A program made the position numbers and the translations under genes. A DNA stretch of 64,000 nt from NCBI GenBank assembly GCA_038087875.1, contig CM075991.1, forward strand, positions 11,472,001 through 11,536,000. Reading direction: 5' to 3'. Under the pieces are notes generated by a model that did no database searches, was not told where the DNA came from, and saw only the letters and a list, made by a program, of their open reading frames with translations. Shown here piece by piece: positions 1 through 11,822 of the stretch. Source of the stretch: Malacoraja senta (Eukaryota). Each line of letters starts with the position of its first letter. The stretch's first letter is position 1.

Positions 1-311
1 CGCGTCACCCCGCGTCACGCCCCAACCACGCCGCTACAATCTCTTTTCAGGCTGTCGCCGAAAATGACGCCCAAGTGAGACAGGCCCTTAGCGTTTACGT
101 TGCTGCCTTCTCCCCGCGCATCCCGACATCTTTCCCTTGACGAGCGTCACTCACGCACGTTACATGGTCATGTTCTCCTTGAGCTGGGCGGCAGCTTGCT
201 GTGCATCTGAAGGCAGGTCATTCACCGGGTGTGGAGTGTAGGTGTCCTCTGGTTTGTGTGGGTCGCTGGGGACAAGGACTGTGTCGATGTGCGGTTCTTG
301 CCTCTTCCCAG

Positions 312-457
312 GTTGGCATCGTCCTCCATTATTCATCCCTTTCAACTTTGCTGTGGATCGGAGTTTCCGCCAGGGTCATTTACAAAGAAGCCACGCAGAA
401 GTTACAGCGGCAACAGGAGCTCGAGCTGCCTGCTCCTGCACAGCGTCCGATGCTCAG
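312..457 (+). CDS. ADGRA2: Adhesion GPCR A2 (GPR124) internal coding exon, TM3/ICL2 region
   Basis: Acceptor ttcccag|GTT at 311/312 and donor CAG|gtaagg at 457/458. Translates [26 protein letters not shown]...RPML(R), matching the recalled ADGRA2 segment [22 protein letters not shown]...PMLR. Confidence 0.93.
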
Positions 458-469
458 GTAAGGAGAAGG

Positions 470-990
470 ATTATGATCTCCCGGTTGCTAGACAATTAAC
501 TTCCCCTCCCATTCCCACACCGACCTTTCTGTCCTGGGCCTCCTCCACTGTCAGAGTGAGGCCCAATGCAAATTGGAGGAACAGCACCTCATATTTCACT
601 TGGGCAGCTTACACCCCAGCGGTATGAACATTGACTTCTCTAACTTCAAGTAACCCTTGCTTTCCCTCTCTCTCCATCCATCCCCATCCTAGTTCCCCGA
701 CCAGTCTGATTGTCCCCTAGGTTACATTTTATCTCTGTATGCTTTGTTCTCACCTTCCCCGAGCTAACAATGACCTATTCTACATACTCATCCCCTTTGA
801 TCCCTCGTTTCCACACCTTACCCTTCCATATCTCTGTGTCTCACTCTCTCCTGACTCTACGTCTGAAGAAGGGTCTCGATCCGAAACATCACGCATTCCT
901 TCTATGCAGAGATGCTGCCTGAACCACTGAGTTACTCCAGCATTTTGTGTCTATCTTTGGTGTAAGCCAGCATCTGCAGTTCCTTCCTAC
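470..990 (+). mobile_element. Penelope-like element 3' fragment (GIY-YIG endonuclease C-terminus plus terminal repeat with hammerhead-like motif)
   Basis: Encodes LGLLHCQSEAQCKLEEQHLIFHLGSLHPSGMNIDFSNFK*, which resembles a PLE endonuclease end. Followed by the ctgaagaagggtctcga...gaaac repeat seen throughout the window. Confidence 0.75.
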
Positions 991-1011
991 TCATAAACCA
1001 AACTAAATTTA

Positions 1012-1492
1012 AGGGCCTGTCCCACTTGGCCGTCATTTGCGCCTTATTTACGCGTCATATGTAAAATAGGTCGACGAGTCGTTACACGCGACATCGCGCG
1101 CAAATCACGCGTCATCGTGCCGTTTGGTGCGCGTGACGTCATTAGGACACCCTGCGGCGCGGGCCGACACATGGATACGCACAGTGACGTAACCATATAC
1201 GTCACCGCGCGATACACGTGAGACGTCGGGACGCTAGCGTGCGTACACAATGCGTCAGCGTGTGAACCCAATGTGTCAGCGTGCGTACGCGATACGTCAC
1301 GCAGGTGGCGCGCGAGGATTTCGTGCAGCACGAAATCCTGGAACGCCGCGCGATACCGCGCGCAACTCCACATTCCTCCACGCCTCTCCGTCCCGCGCTA
1401 CCCACACGCTACCCGTGCGTCACAACGCGACCACCACATTTTTGGAGGTCACGTAAATGGCGTGTAAATGACGGCCAAGTGGGACAGGCCCT
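1012..1492. mobile_element. PIF/Harbinger-like MITE
   Basis: TIRs AGGGCCTGTCCCACTTGGCCGTCATTT...AAATGACGGCCAAGTGGGACAGGCCCT with TTA/TAA flanks and a CpG-rich interior. Related right ends occur at 1-88 and about 35408. Confidence 0.7.
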
Positions 1493-2329
1493 TAACAGTC
1501 TTAAAGTCAATGTCACATGCTGTCTATTTGGGATCAGCTAACAATGTCTTATCTTATTTTAAAATAGTTCTGCTTCAAAATCTTCTCGTTGTGCTTTGAT
1601 ATTACCATCTAAAATTTTTAAATCAAATCAGTTGTAACTGTGCGAAGAGCCCCTGGGGATAATTTGTCACTGCAGATAAAATCTCCATTCATTGCGACTT
1701 TTAAAATCCCATTCACATTTTTCGCTTGACTCAAGAAAAGCCAAAATCCCTCACAGTTTGAATTATTCAATAGAATGATTCAAAACAGCTGACTTTTAAT
1801 TACAATCTCAGGACTGGAATAAGAGGGGATGATTCCCTTTACACGTGATCATTGTAGAATTCAGATCCTTAGGACGTCTTTAAATTTTAATTCATATTGA
1901 TATTTTATTAACACATTAGAAAGGAGAAAGAAAAGACAAAACTCATTTTCATTTTTTTAGTTGCCTATAAGTTAATTATTTTTTATTTTTTTTATTTTTA
2001 TTTATTAGAAGTACATTACATTACAACCACATACATTAGTACTCGTCACTTATGTCTTCTTACAATTAATGTACTCCATTTATTTTTTACACTAGAAAAA
2101 GGAAAGGATTGAAAGAAAGAAGAAAGTGAAGGAAAAAGTGAAAGTGTAGAAAATGTACAACAAAAAGGACGAAGACCCTACAAGAGCAAAATTAAAAAAC
2201 AAAAGAAAAAGAGTTAAGAAATAGACCCTAGAAAAGAAAGAGAAAGAGAAAGAGGAAAAAGAGAGAAACAAATATTTTTATGAGCATTACGTAAATGGGA
2301 CATACCAACTCTTCAACTAGCATCCCCCC

Positions 2330-2650
2330 TTACCTGACCTCAATTTTTTTTTTAAAGTACTTTTGCACCCTATATTTGTAATAATTCTATAAATGCAGAC
2401 CACGTCAGGTGGAAGTGATCTGGTTTACCTGCTAGGAGGAGTCTTATCTCTTCTAGGTGTAATGTTTCGAACATATTTGAAGTCCACATATTTATAGTTG
2501 GTGTTGGAGCCTTCTTCCAAAATTTTAGAATTAGCTTTTTTCCAGTTATTAACCCATAGTCCATTAGTTTCTTTTGAAACACATTTAGTTCTGGGCCATC
2601 TTCCGTTATTCCGAAGATAATCCATTCTGCTTTGGGTATCAGTCTTAGGT
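2330..2650 (-). mobile_element. L1/Tx1-clade LINE ORF2 3' fragment
   Basis: GLITGKKLILKFWKKAPTPTINMW...LEEIR...FHLTWSAFI resembles the L1-clade ORF2 C-terminus. Confidence 0.6.
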
Positions 2651-2727
2651 TAATTCAAATGGCTGAAAACCCCCCCCGATAAATCTGAAGAAGGTTGTGA
2701 TCCAATCTAAGCTGCTTAAAATAGGTC

Positions 2728-3108
2728 ATTGAAACATATAAGATTGTTAAGGGCTTGGACACGCTAGAGGCAGAAAACATGTTCCCGATGTTGGGGCAGT
2801 CCAGAACCAGGGGCCACAGTTTAAGAATAAGGAGTAAGCCATTTAGAACGGAGACGAGGAAACACTTTTTCTCACAGAGAGTGGTGAGCCTGTGGAATTC
2901 TCTGCCTCAGAGGGTGGTGGAGGCCGGTTCTCTGGATGCTTTCAAGAGAGAGCTAGATAGGGCTCTTAAAGATAGCGGAGTCAGGGGATATGGGGAGAAG
3001 GCAGGAACGGGGTACTGATTGGGGATGATCAGCCATGATCACATTGAATGACGGTGCTGGCTCGAAGGGCGAAATGGCCTACTCCTGCACCTATTGTCTA
3101 TTGTCTAT
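2728..3108 (+). mobile_element. CR1 (HER1-like) LINE 3' fragment
   Basis: SRTRGHSLRI...FFSQRVVSLWNSLPQ...FKRELD, a conserved 3' UTR and a (TATTGTC)n tail. Other copies at about 9915-10125(-), 12760-12943(-), 18502-18988(+), 20805-20990(+), 21916-22158(-), 25278-26205(-), 34722-35072(+), 47305-47728(-), 51190-52172(-), 55095-55555(-) and 62940-63306(+). Confidence 0.9.
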
Positions 3109-3299
3109 TCTGTTTTTAACCTTACAATCCTATGCAAAGCGTATTTAGTTTAAAACCAAATACCGAATCAGAAAAAAAGTACATTGTAAGAAGGAACTGC
3201 AGATGCTGGTTTACTCTGACGATAAACACCAAATGCTGTAGCAAGTAAGAATGCTATTGTTCTATCCGGGACATGTGACAATAAAACACCCTCGACTCT

Positions 3300-3770
3300 C
3301 AGCGGAGGCTTGGCCATCGTTTCGCCGAACACCTCCGCTCGGTCCGCAATAACCAACCTGACCTCCCGGTGGCTCAGCGCTTCAACTCCCCCTCCCATTC
3401 CGTATCGGACTTCTCTGTCCTGGGTCTCCTCCATGGGCAGAGCGAGCAATACCAGAAATTGGAGGAACAGCACCTTGGGGAGTCTGCATCCTGGGGGCAT
3501 GAACATTGAATTTTCCCAATTTTGTTAGCCCTTGCTGTCTCCTCCCCTTCCTCAGCCCTCGGGATGTCTCCTCCCATCCCTCAGCCCTCGGGCTCCTCCT
3601 CCGCCTTTTTCCTTTCTTCTCCCCACCCCCCCCATCAGTCTGAAGAAGGGTTTCGGCCCGAAACGTTGCCTGTTTCCTTCGCTCCATAGATGCTGCTGCA
3701 CCCGCTGAGTTTCTCCAGCATTTTTGTCTACCTTCGATTTTCCAGCATCTGCAGTTCCTTCTTAAACACC
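3300..3770 (+). mobile_element. Penelope-like element 3' fragment, second subfamily
   Basis: FAEHLRSVRNNQPDLPVAQRFNSPSHS...KLEEQHL...GSLHPGGMNIEFS, followed by CTGAAGAAGGGTTTCGGCCCGAAACGTT. Confidence 0.75.
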
Positions 3771-3806
3771 CTCGACTCTCTCCTCTCTCCCTCTCTCTCT
3801 GCGCAG

Positions 3807-3896
3807 GTTTTATCTAATAGCTGGAGGCATACCTCTGATTATCTGTGGGATCACTGCAGCAGTCAACCTCCACAATTACAGCAATGTCAGCCCATA
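3807..3896 (+). CDS. ADGRA2: ADGRA2 penultimate coding exon (90 nt), TM4
   Basis: Acceptor ctctgcgcag|G and donor TA|gtgagt. Phase 2 at both ends keeps frame with the flanking exons. Translates (R)[29 protein letters not shown](Y). Absent from the ORF track. Confidence 0.93.
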
Positions 3897-4429
3897 GTGA
3901 GTATCTTTATGTTAAGCGCTGCGGTTAATTTTATTTTCATCAGCATGGTCCACAATCCAGTTGGTGTTGGAAGGAACTGCAGATGCTGGTTTACACCGAA
4001 GATACAGGAACAAAACGCTGGAGTAACTCAGCGGGACAGGCAGGATCTCTAGAGAGAAGGAACGGGTGACGTTTCGTGTCGAGACCCTTCTTCAGACTGA
4101 GAGTCAGGGAAGAGAGAGACACAGGGATAAGGAATGCAGTGAGTGGCCAGGCTCCATTTTCATGAATAAACTCCAAAGGAATTGTGTAAACAGCATGCTG
4201 TGTGTCGGATGATCCAGTTGCCTGATCAGTAACCAGAGGAGAGGTCAAGGAACAGCAGGTTTCTGCGATTTCTTGCCTGTAGGGGAGTTGGATGTGGATT
4301 CACGAGCTCTCAATGTTGAATTGTTTAGATGTGTGGAGTATAGACATTTGCAGGAACTTGGTCCTAATTGAAGAACTCTGAGATGTTATGTTTTGTGTTT
4401 GTTTGACTGCAGCCAAGTGACAAGCTGCT

Positions 4430-5008
4430 GCTCTTGGGCAGGTGAGGTGTGGTGGGCAGGTGAGGTGTGGTGGGCAGGTGAGGTGTGGTGGGCAGGCGAG
4501 GTGGGCAGGTGAAGTGTGGGCAGGTGAGATGTGGTGAAGTGGGCAGGTGAGGTGTGGTGGGCAGGTGAGGTGTGGGCAGGTGAGGTGTGGTGGGCAGTTG
4601 AGGTGAGGTGGGCAGATGAGGTGTGGTGAAATGTGCAGGTGAGGTGGGTAGATGAGGTGTGGTGGGCAGGTGAGGTGTGGTGGGCAGATGAAGTGTGGGC
4701 AGGTGAGGTGTGGTGGGCAGGTGAGGTGTGGTGGGCAGGTGTGGTGGGTAGATGAGTTGCGGTGAAGTGGCCAGGTGAGATGGTAGCTAGGTGAGACTTG
4801 ACGTGGGCTGGTGTGGTATGGGCTGGCCCTGTGGTGAGGGGTGGTGAAGTGGGCAGGTGAGGTTTGGTGGGGAGGTGAGTTGGGCATGTGAGGTCTGGTC
4901 ACCACACCTGTCTCCAGGTAAGGTGTGGAGAAGTGGCCAGGTGAGGTGGTAGCCAGATGAGATGTGGCGTGGACAGGTGTGGTGAGGTGGGCAGGTGAGG
5001 TGGGCAGA
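4430..5008. repeat. G-rich minisatellite, about 18-bp unit GGGCAGGTGAGGTGTGGT, in the last ADGRA2 intron
   Basis: Tandem units visible, degenerating toward the 3' end. Confidence 0.9.
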
Positions 5009-5080
5009 GAATAAACCTGCCAATGTTCTGTCTGTTACAAGCGTCTAACCTGTTGTTTTCCTCCCTGCGCCCACCTGAAG

Positions 5081-6131
5081 CTGCTGGCTGGCCTGGAAGC
5101 CGAGCCTGGGTGCTTTCTACGTGCCAGCAGGCTTCACCGTACTGGTCAGTTGGATCTACCTACTGGGTGCCGGCCTGCAGCTGGGCTGCCGACGGCGGGG
5201 CAAGGCCGATGCCGGGGGATTGCCGGAGCAGCCGGCGGTCAGCGGCGGCCAGGGCCCGGACTCGGCCTCGGTCAGCGGGCCCTCTCCGGCCACCGACATC
5301 GTGTATTCGCTGGAAGCGCGGCTGTGGGCACTGGCCGGAACTCAGCTGCTCTTCGTCGGCCTGTGGATCTGCGGGGCACTGTCAGTGTGGGGGACGCCGC
5401 CGTTGGCCGTCCTCTTCAGCTGCCTGTACGGGGTGGGGGCCGTGGCTCTGGGCCTCTTTGTGCTCATCCACCACTGCCTCCGGCGGCACGACGTGTGTGG
5501 GCCGTGGCGGGGCTGTGCCCGGCAGCCGGGGGCAGAGGCTGGCGGCTCCCCGGCCCCCCCTCCGGCCGGCCCGGGCCCCGAGGCTGGCGGCAGCCCCTTC
5601 TCGGCGGGCGGCCAGTGCAAGATGACCAACCTGCAGGCGGCGCTGAGCCAGGGAGACCGCGGCGCTGCCGCCAGGAGCCCGACTCCGTGCGTGGACAGCG
5701 AGGCGGAGGCCGAGGACAAGGCGCCGGCCTGCCGTGGCCACAGGACCCGGACTAAGCCGCCAGTGGACGGCAAACAGCAGCGGCTGAGGGCGCTGAGAGC
5801 CGCCGCCGCCGCCACCACCTCGGACGCGGCCTCGAGCGACACCGGCAGCCCGGCGGGCAGTGGGCGTCTGAGTAACGGCAGGCCGGGCCGGCACGCCAGC
5901 CACAGCCCGTCGGAGGGCAGCGACAGCAGCGGACAGGCCCCAGGCTCAGGCTCAGGCTCGGGCCCGAGGCCGGGCCTACAGGCCAGCGTCAGCCGGGACA
6001 GCCTGAAGCAGGCCGGTCCCCTGGAGAAGGAGGTGAAGCGGAGGTCCTACCCGCAGAACGGCGCTCAGAGGGCCGGCGAGACCGGAGCCACCATCAGCGC
6101 TGGTCTGTGGAAGAGCGAGACCACGGTGTAA
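5081..6131 (+). CDS. ADGRA2: ADGRA2 terminal coding exon: TM5-TM7 and cytoplasmic tail with PDZ-binding motif
   Basis: Acceptor cctgaag|C. Translates (Y)CWLAWKPSLGAFYVP...LFSCLYGVGAVALGLFVLIHHCLRRHDV...KRRSYP...GLWKSETTV*, with stop TAA at 6129-6131. KRRSYP and GLWKSETTV match the ADGRA2 C-terminus. Confidence 0.95.
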
Positions 6132-7979
6132 AGACGCTGCCGCGGGGAGCGGTGTCCAGGCCTGCCCACGACCCAGAACAAAGCTCCCCTCCAGAGGAAA
6201 ACTCCCAACGCCAGCTTCACAACAGGCCTCCAAAACCCAGGGGCCTCCAGCAAGGTTGGTTCCTCAGCGCCATCTCTTCAATCACTTTATATCTTAAAAA
6301 AAAATATTTTTATATAAACTCGCTCTCAAAAGAAGAGAACAATGTTTGAGGATCTGATCAAACCCAGGGCAGGTGGGAGCCCAACTAAATATGGATCTCA
6401 GCGATGGCTGGGGATGTTGGATGGTGTCTTCTGCACTTCTCTTCTCAGAGACTGTGGGACGGACCAGGGTCAGTGTTTCTGCCATGGACTGTGTTTCCCA
6501 TGGTGGAGGCTGCCAGGGTCAGGGAACATCATCAAAATCCAGAGGTTCAGGGCATGAGGGGACACATTTTATCGTGGAATTTGAAAGGCACACAGTGGTT
6601 GATGTTTAGAACGGGCTGCCCGAGGAGGAGATGGAGTCAGATACAATCGCGACGTTGACACAAGCACTTAAACCTAATGCAGACAAACTGAAGCTGTGCA
6701 GATGGGCCAGCATGACTGGTGATGGGCTGAAGGGCTCGTTTCCAATCTGTTCGACAGTGACTATCCACAGAGAGTAGACGGTGAGCTTGAACCTCTTGTC
6801 ATGATTGCTATTGCTTACTGCCAAGCTACTCGTTTTCCGTCAGCAAATTCCTTTTCACCACCAGTTGTCTCGGTAACACATATACAATGGACATCCATTC
6901 ACAATTGGAATGTCCTCTACTGCTCAACGGGACTCCGGACCCACATTGATTTTCCTAATGTCCTTATACTTCTACAGTTCTACTTCTGAGATCAGGTCAC
7001 GTGAGTTCAGACAAGGACCGATTGGATTGGTTTGGTGAAAATCTAAGAGAAGGGTCTTTTCAGGAGCGATTTTGGGAGATTCCAATTTGTTGGCCAAGGC
7101 AATGGGACTCCAGGTGAACATGGATGAATTAATACACATCCAAAGATTTCTCCTTCCCTGGAAGGAAGTGGAGAAAATTGAGGGATGGAGGGAGCTTGTT
7201 TGGAACCCCCACCTCTGGTGCTGACATACTCTTACCCTGTCAGGCTAAGTTTCAAGTATGCCAACAGTCCTCAGATGGGTTGCAAGACCCAAGACTTTCC
7301 CTCTCTCTCTCCATCCCCTCCCCCTTCCCAGTTCTCCCACCAGTCTTACTGTCTCCGACTGCATTCTATCTCTGTCCCGCCCACTCCCCTGACGTCAGTC
7401 TGAAGAGGGGTCTCGACCCGAAGCATCACCCATTCCTTCTCTCCAGAGATGTTGGCCGTCCCGCTGAGTTACTCCAGCATTTTGTGTCTACCTTCGATTT
7501 AAACCAGCATCTGCAGTTCTTTCCTACACAGGGCTAAGTTTCATGTATAGTACAGGGAGGTTCATTCTGGTGCCTGACAATTGCTGCCCTCCCCCTACCT
7601 CCCTCTCACTCCCCTCCCCCTCCCGTGTGTGTGTGGGGGGTGGTTAGTGTACGTGTGAAGTCGCAGCACCCCACCCCCCACCCAACCGTGCGTTGGGGGA
7701 ACAGACCCAGTGGGTCTGAACTTGGTCTAGTAATCCCTTAAAACAGCCAAGCTCGGCACGTTGGCTGTCGGACAAGCCATGACCATTCGACGCACTTTAA
7801 ACCACTTAACCGTCCCTCGTTCCTGCAGCAAGTCTTGGGTCTTGCAACCCATCCGAGGACTGTTGGCATACGTCGACCCCACACCTCTGCCTGATTGCTA
7901 GCGGCAGGTTCAGTTCCCAGCCAGGGGTTTGGAGCATTCCAGCTGAACTTCCCCACAGAGAAGGGTCGGGAGGACCTTG

Positions 7980-8245
7980 TTCAGTTTAGAGTCCGCGCCA
8001 ACCAGCGATCCCCGCGCACTAACACTATCCTACTCACCAGGGTCAATTCACAATTTTTGCCCAAACCAATAAACCTACAAACCTGCACGTCTGTGGAGTG
8101 TGGGGAAACCGGAGCTCCTGGGGAAAACCCACGCAGGTCCCGCAGGACCCACGAGAACGTACAAACTCCGTACAGACAGCACCCGTAGTCAGGATCGAAC
8201 CTGGGTCTCTGGCGCTGTGAGGCAGCAACTCTACCGCTGCGCCAC
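7980..8245 (-). mobile_element. tRNA-derived SINE (HE1/V-SINE-like)
   Basis: A-box GTGGCGCAGCGG, B-box GGTTCGATCC and conserved core TGTCTGTACGGAGTTTGTACGTTCTC. Other copies at about 16005-16310(-), 19725-20018(-), 22222-22515(-), 24488-24750(-), 32462-32738(+), 52196-52492(-) and 60336-60628(-). Confidence 0.85.
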
Positions 8246-8945
8246 TTGTGCTCACCACAAACAGACTCCAGTGAAATACAAATGCTCCTTGCCCTCGGGA
8301 TCCCACTCACTTGTTGCTATCAGTGACTGGAACTCAACGTGATCAATATCCCTGTCCGTAACAAGTGCCATTTGGCATGGGCTTCATGCCAAACCAAGTC
8401 TTGGTTTGGGGGCCTCTAAAATTGAAATTGGCCTGGGCCCCAGTTCCTCTATGAGCGGGCCTGCCTGGCCGTGCCATGGTCACACTGCTTTGTCCAACAC
8501 TTTGTAACAGGGTGCCAACTCTAAGCTGTTGATTCCTATCTCCAGAACTCAGAACTGAACTGGGTTCAACTCGCCTACATCTGGTGCTGAGATTACATAG
8601 AACGTAGACGGCACAATCCCAGCTAATGAGAGTGGCCTTTGTTGGCCTGGAGCTCATTAACATCCCCATTTAACTCTCTCATGTTGAGGGCATTGGAGAC
8701 AAGCTGCAGAATGGACAAGTTGAACTTTCTAAACCACTGAGCAATTGTCCTCCCCCCTTCCCCCTTCTCAGTAAGAAGGAGAATAGTATTAAATACTTTG
8801 CTACCATCCTCATCCCATGGTCCAGCAGTTTAGCACATGACTGGTATATAAACCTGTCTATTTTTTTACCTTATCAATTCCATGTTAACTTCCAAACTAA
8901 TTCTGTCGTTGGTCAACAGTCTCGACCCTGCAGACCAGCATTGAA

Positions 8946-9145
8946 NNNNNNNNNNNNNNNNNNNNNNNNNNNNNNNNNNNNNNNNNNNNNNNNNNNNNNN
9001 NNNNNNNNNNNNNNNNNNNNNNNNNNNNNNNNNNNNNNNNNNNNNNNNNNNNNNNNNNNNNNNNNNNNNNNNNNNNNNNNNNNNNNNNNNNNNNNNNNNN
9101 NNNNNNNNNNNNNNNNNNNNNNNNNNNNNNNNNNNNNNNNNNNNN
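8946..9145. other. Assembly gap (200 N) flanked by a duplicated ~164-bp sequence
   Basis: 8782-8945 is repeated almost identically at 9146-9309. Confidence 0.95.
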
Positions 9146-9364
9146 AATAGTATTAAATACTTTGCTACCATCCTCATCCCATGGTCCAGCAGTTTAGCAC
9201 TTGACTGGTATATAAACCTGTCTATTTTTTTACCTTACCAATTCCATGTTAACTTCCAAACTAATGCTGTCGTTGGTCAACAGTCTCGACCCTGCAGACC
9301 AGCATTGAATCATTCACCCAGTTACTGACTAGATGTCTAGAGACCAACAGCCATTCATTGTCCA

Positions 9365-9812
9365 CCATCCAATCATTGACTTAGTGATCCATCCATTGAT
9401 CTAGCGATCCAGTCATTGACCTCGTGATCCAATCATTGACTTAGTGATCCAATCATTCATCTAGCGATCTAGTCATTGACCTCGTGATCCAATCATTGAC
9501 CTAGTGATCCAATCATTGATCTAGCGATCCAGTCATTGACCTAGCGATCCAATCATTGACAGTGATCCATCCATTGATCTAGCTATCCAGTCATTGACCT
9601 TGTGATCCAATCATTGACCTCGTGATCCAATCATTGACCTAGTGATCCAATCATTGATCTAGCGATCCAATCATTGACCTCGTGATCCAATCATTGACCT
9701 CGTGATCCAATCATTCATCTAGCGATCCATCCATTGATCTAGCGATCCAGTCATTGACCTCGTGATCCAGTCATTGACCTCGTGATCCAATCAGTGATCG
9801 AGCGATCCATTG
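9365..9812. repeat. 20-bp minisatellite (AATCATTGACCTAGTGATCC variants), about 22 units
   Basis: Head-to-tail units with variant positions and no spacers. Confidence 0.92.
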
Positions 9813-10237
9813 AACCAGAGGCTCCTCTTGAGACCCGATCAGTGGCCAGCAACCCTCTATTGATCAGCACACCAAATCAGTAATGCAACCTTGTTCAGGA
9901 ATACACAAATTCACCAGTTACAGGAGGAGAATTAGGCCATTCGGCCCATCGAGCCCACTCCGCCATTCAATCATGGCTGATCTCTGCCTCCTAATCCCAT
10001 TTTCCTGCCTTCTCCCCATAACCCTTGACACCCGTTCTAATCAAGAGATTTGTCTATCTCTGCCTTAAAAATATCCACTGACTTGGCCTCCACAGCCCTC
10101 CCTCTGTGGCAATGAGTTCCACAGATTAATTCCATAATGGGTTCAGATGCTCACTGTTATTCTAATGGTTCTTTTTATATCTAGGGTTATCCATTATCAA
10201 TCCCGAAAAAAAGAGGGGAATGCCTGTGTGTGTTTTT

Positions 10238-10289
<52 letters not shown>

Positions 10290-10819
10290 CGTTGATGCTG
10301 TGTAGCGATATACAAAGCGCTTTGTGATGAGGAGAAAACTGCTGCTGCACTTCACCAATGAATGAGCTGCCAGCTGCACTAATCCAGAGCTTTCATGTTC
10401 ACTGTCAATTAGTGTGTACCCTTTGGAAGCTTTGCACATACAGCAGGACCTCTTCATCTGTTGCCAATTTGCCTTACAAAGAAAGATTCTTCTTCTTCTA
10501 CAAGTGCCAAAGAGATATATAAATCTTACTGAAACATAGATTAAATGTAGAACGTGTGTGTGGATTTAAAGTGATTATAAGACGTTTTTGCAGTTCAATG
10601 CCATGTACAAAACTGTCCACAAGGTTTAATGCTGTGCCAAAAGCCGCCCGTAATATTGGGTCAAATGGAACCAAATATTATGGCTTCAAAGCATCGCGTC
10701 CAGGGGGGTGTGTTTGTTGGGTTGCTGACGGTGCCCGCACTTCGATTCCCATTCCACCGCTCAGCACAACCTATGCACCAATTAAGCAGCAACCGGGGCC
10801 AGGAGGGGAGCTGAGAGAG

Positions 10820-11822
10820 AGGGTGTGGGTGTGTGATTGTGTGGGTGTGTGATTGTGTGTGGGTGTGTGTGTGCTCATGTGGTTGTGTGTGTCTATATGT
10901 GGGTGTGTGATGGTGTGCACGTGGGTGTGTGATTGTGTGGGTGTGTGAGTGTGCTCATGTGGTTGTGTGAGTCTATATGTGTGGGTGTGTGATTATGTGG
11001 TGGTGTGGGTGTGTGTGATTGTGTGAGTGCATATGTGTGGGTGTGTGATTGTGTGGGTGTGGGTGTGTGCACGTGGTTGTGTGATCGCGTGCATGTGTAC
11101 GTGTGTGTGTGTGATTGTGTGATCGTGTGTGTGATTGTGGGTGTGTGTGTGAGTGATTGTGTGTGTGTGATTGTGGGTGGGTGTGATTGTGTGGGTGTGG
11201 GTGGGTGTGGGTGTGTGTGTGTGGGTGTGTGTGGGTGTGGGTGTGTGTGTGTGATTGTGTGTATGTGTGTGGGTGCGTGTGTGTGTGGGTGCGTGTGTGT
11301 GTGTGTGTGTGGGTGCGGTGTGTGTGTGTGTGTGTGGGTGTGTGTGTGATTGTGTGTATGTGTGTGGGTGCGTGTGTGTGTGGGTGTGTGTGTGGGTGCG
11401 TGTGTGTGTGGGTGTGTGTGTGGGTGCGTGTGTGTGTGGGTGTGTGTGTGGGTGCGTGTGTGTGTGGGTGTGTGTGTGTGTGTGGGTGCGTGTGTGTGTG
11501 GGATTGTGTGGGTGTGTGTGTGTGTGCGTGTGGGTGGGTGTGTGTGTGTGGGTGCGTGTGGGTGTGTGATTGTGTGTGCGTGTGATTGTGTGGGTGTGTG
11601 ATTGTGTGGGTGTGCGTGTGTGTGTGTGCTTGTGTGTGTGTGGGTGGGTGTGTGTGTGTGGGTGCGTGTGGGTGTGTGATTGTGTGTGCGTGTGATTGTG
11701 TGTGCGCGTGTGTGGGTGCGTGTGTGTGTGGGTGCGTGTGTGTGTGTGATTGTGTGTGTGTGTGTGATTGTGTGGGTGTGTGATTGTGTGGGTGTGCGTG
11801 TGTGTGTGTGCTTGTGTGTGAT
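10820..11822. repeat. Compound (TG)n microsatellite
   Basis: About 1 kb of TG-based low-complexity sequence. Confidence 0.95.

Noticed and set aside
4300..4905. 201-aa HLTCPP-repeat ORF
   Set aside because: Antisense translation of the 18-bp minisatellite.
5023..5903. Alternative-frame and antisense ORFs over the ADGRA2 last exon
   Set aside because: By-product of the high GC content of the real exon.
8170..8245. tRNA genes
   Set aside because: The A/B boxes belong to SINE heads followed by the SINE core and a LINE-derived tail; there is no complete cloverleaf.
8782..9309. Tandem duplication of about 164 bp
   Set aside because: The copies directly flank a 200-N gap, typical of unmerged contig overlap or haplotypes.
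9365..9812. CRISPR-like array
   Set aside because: Units are head-to-tail with no unique spacers, the context is eukaryotic and there are no cas genes; it is a minisatellite.
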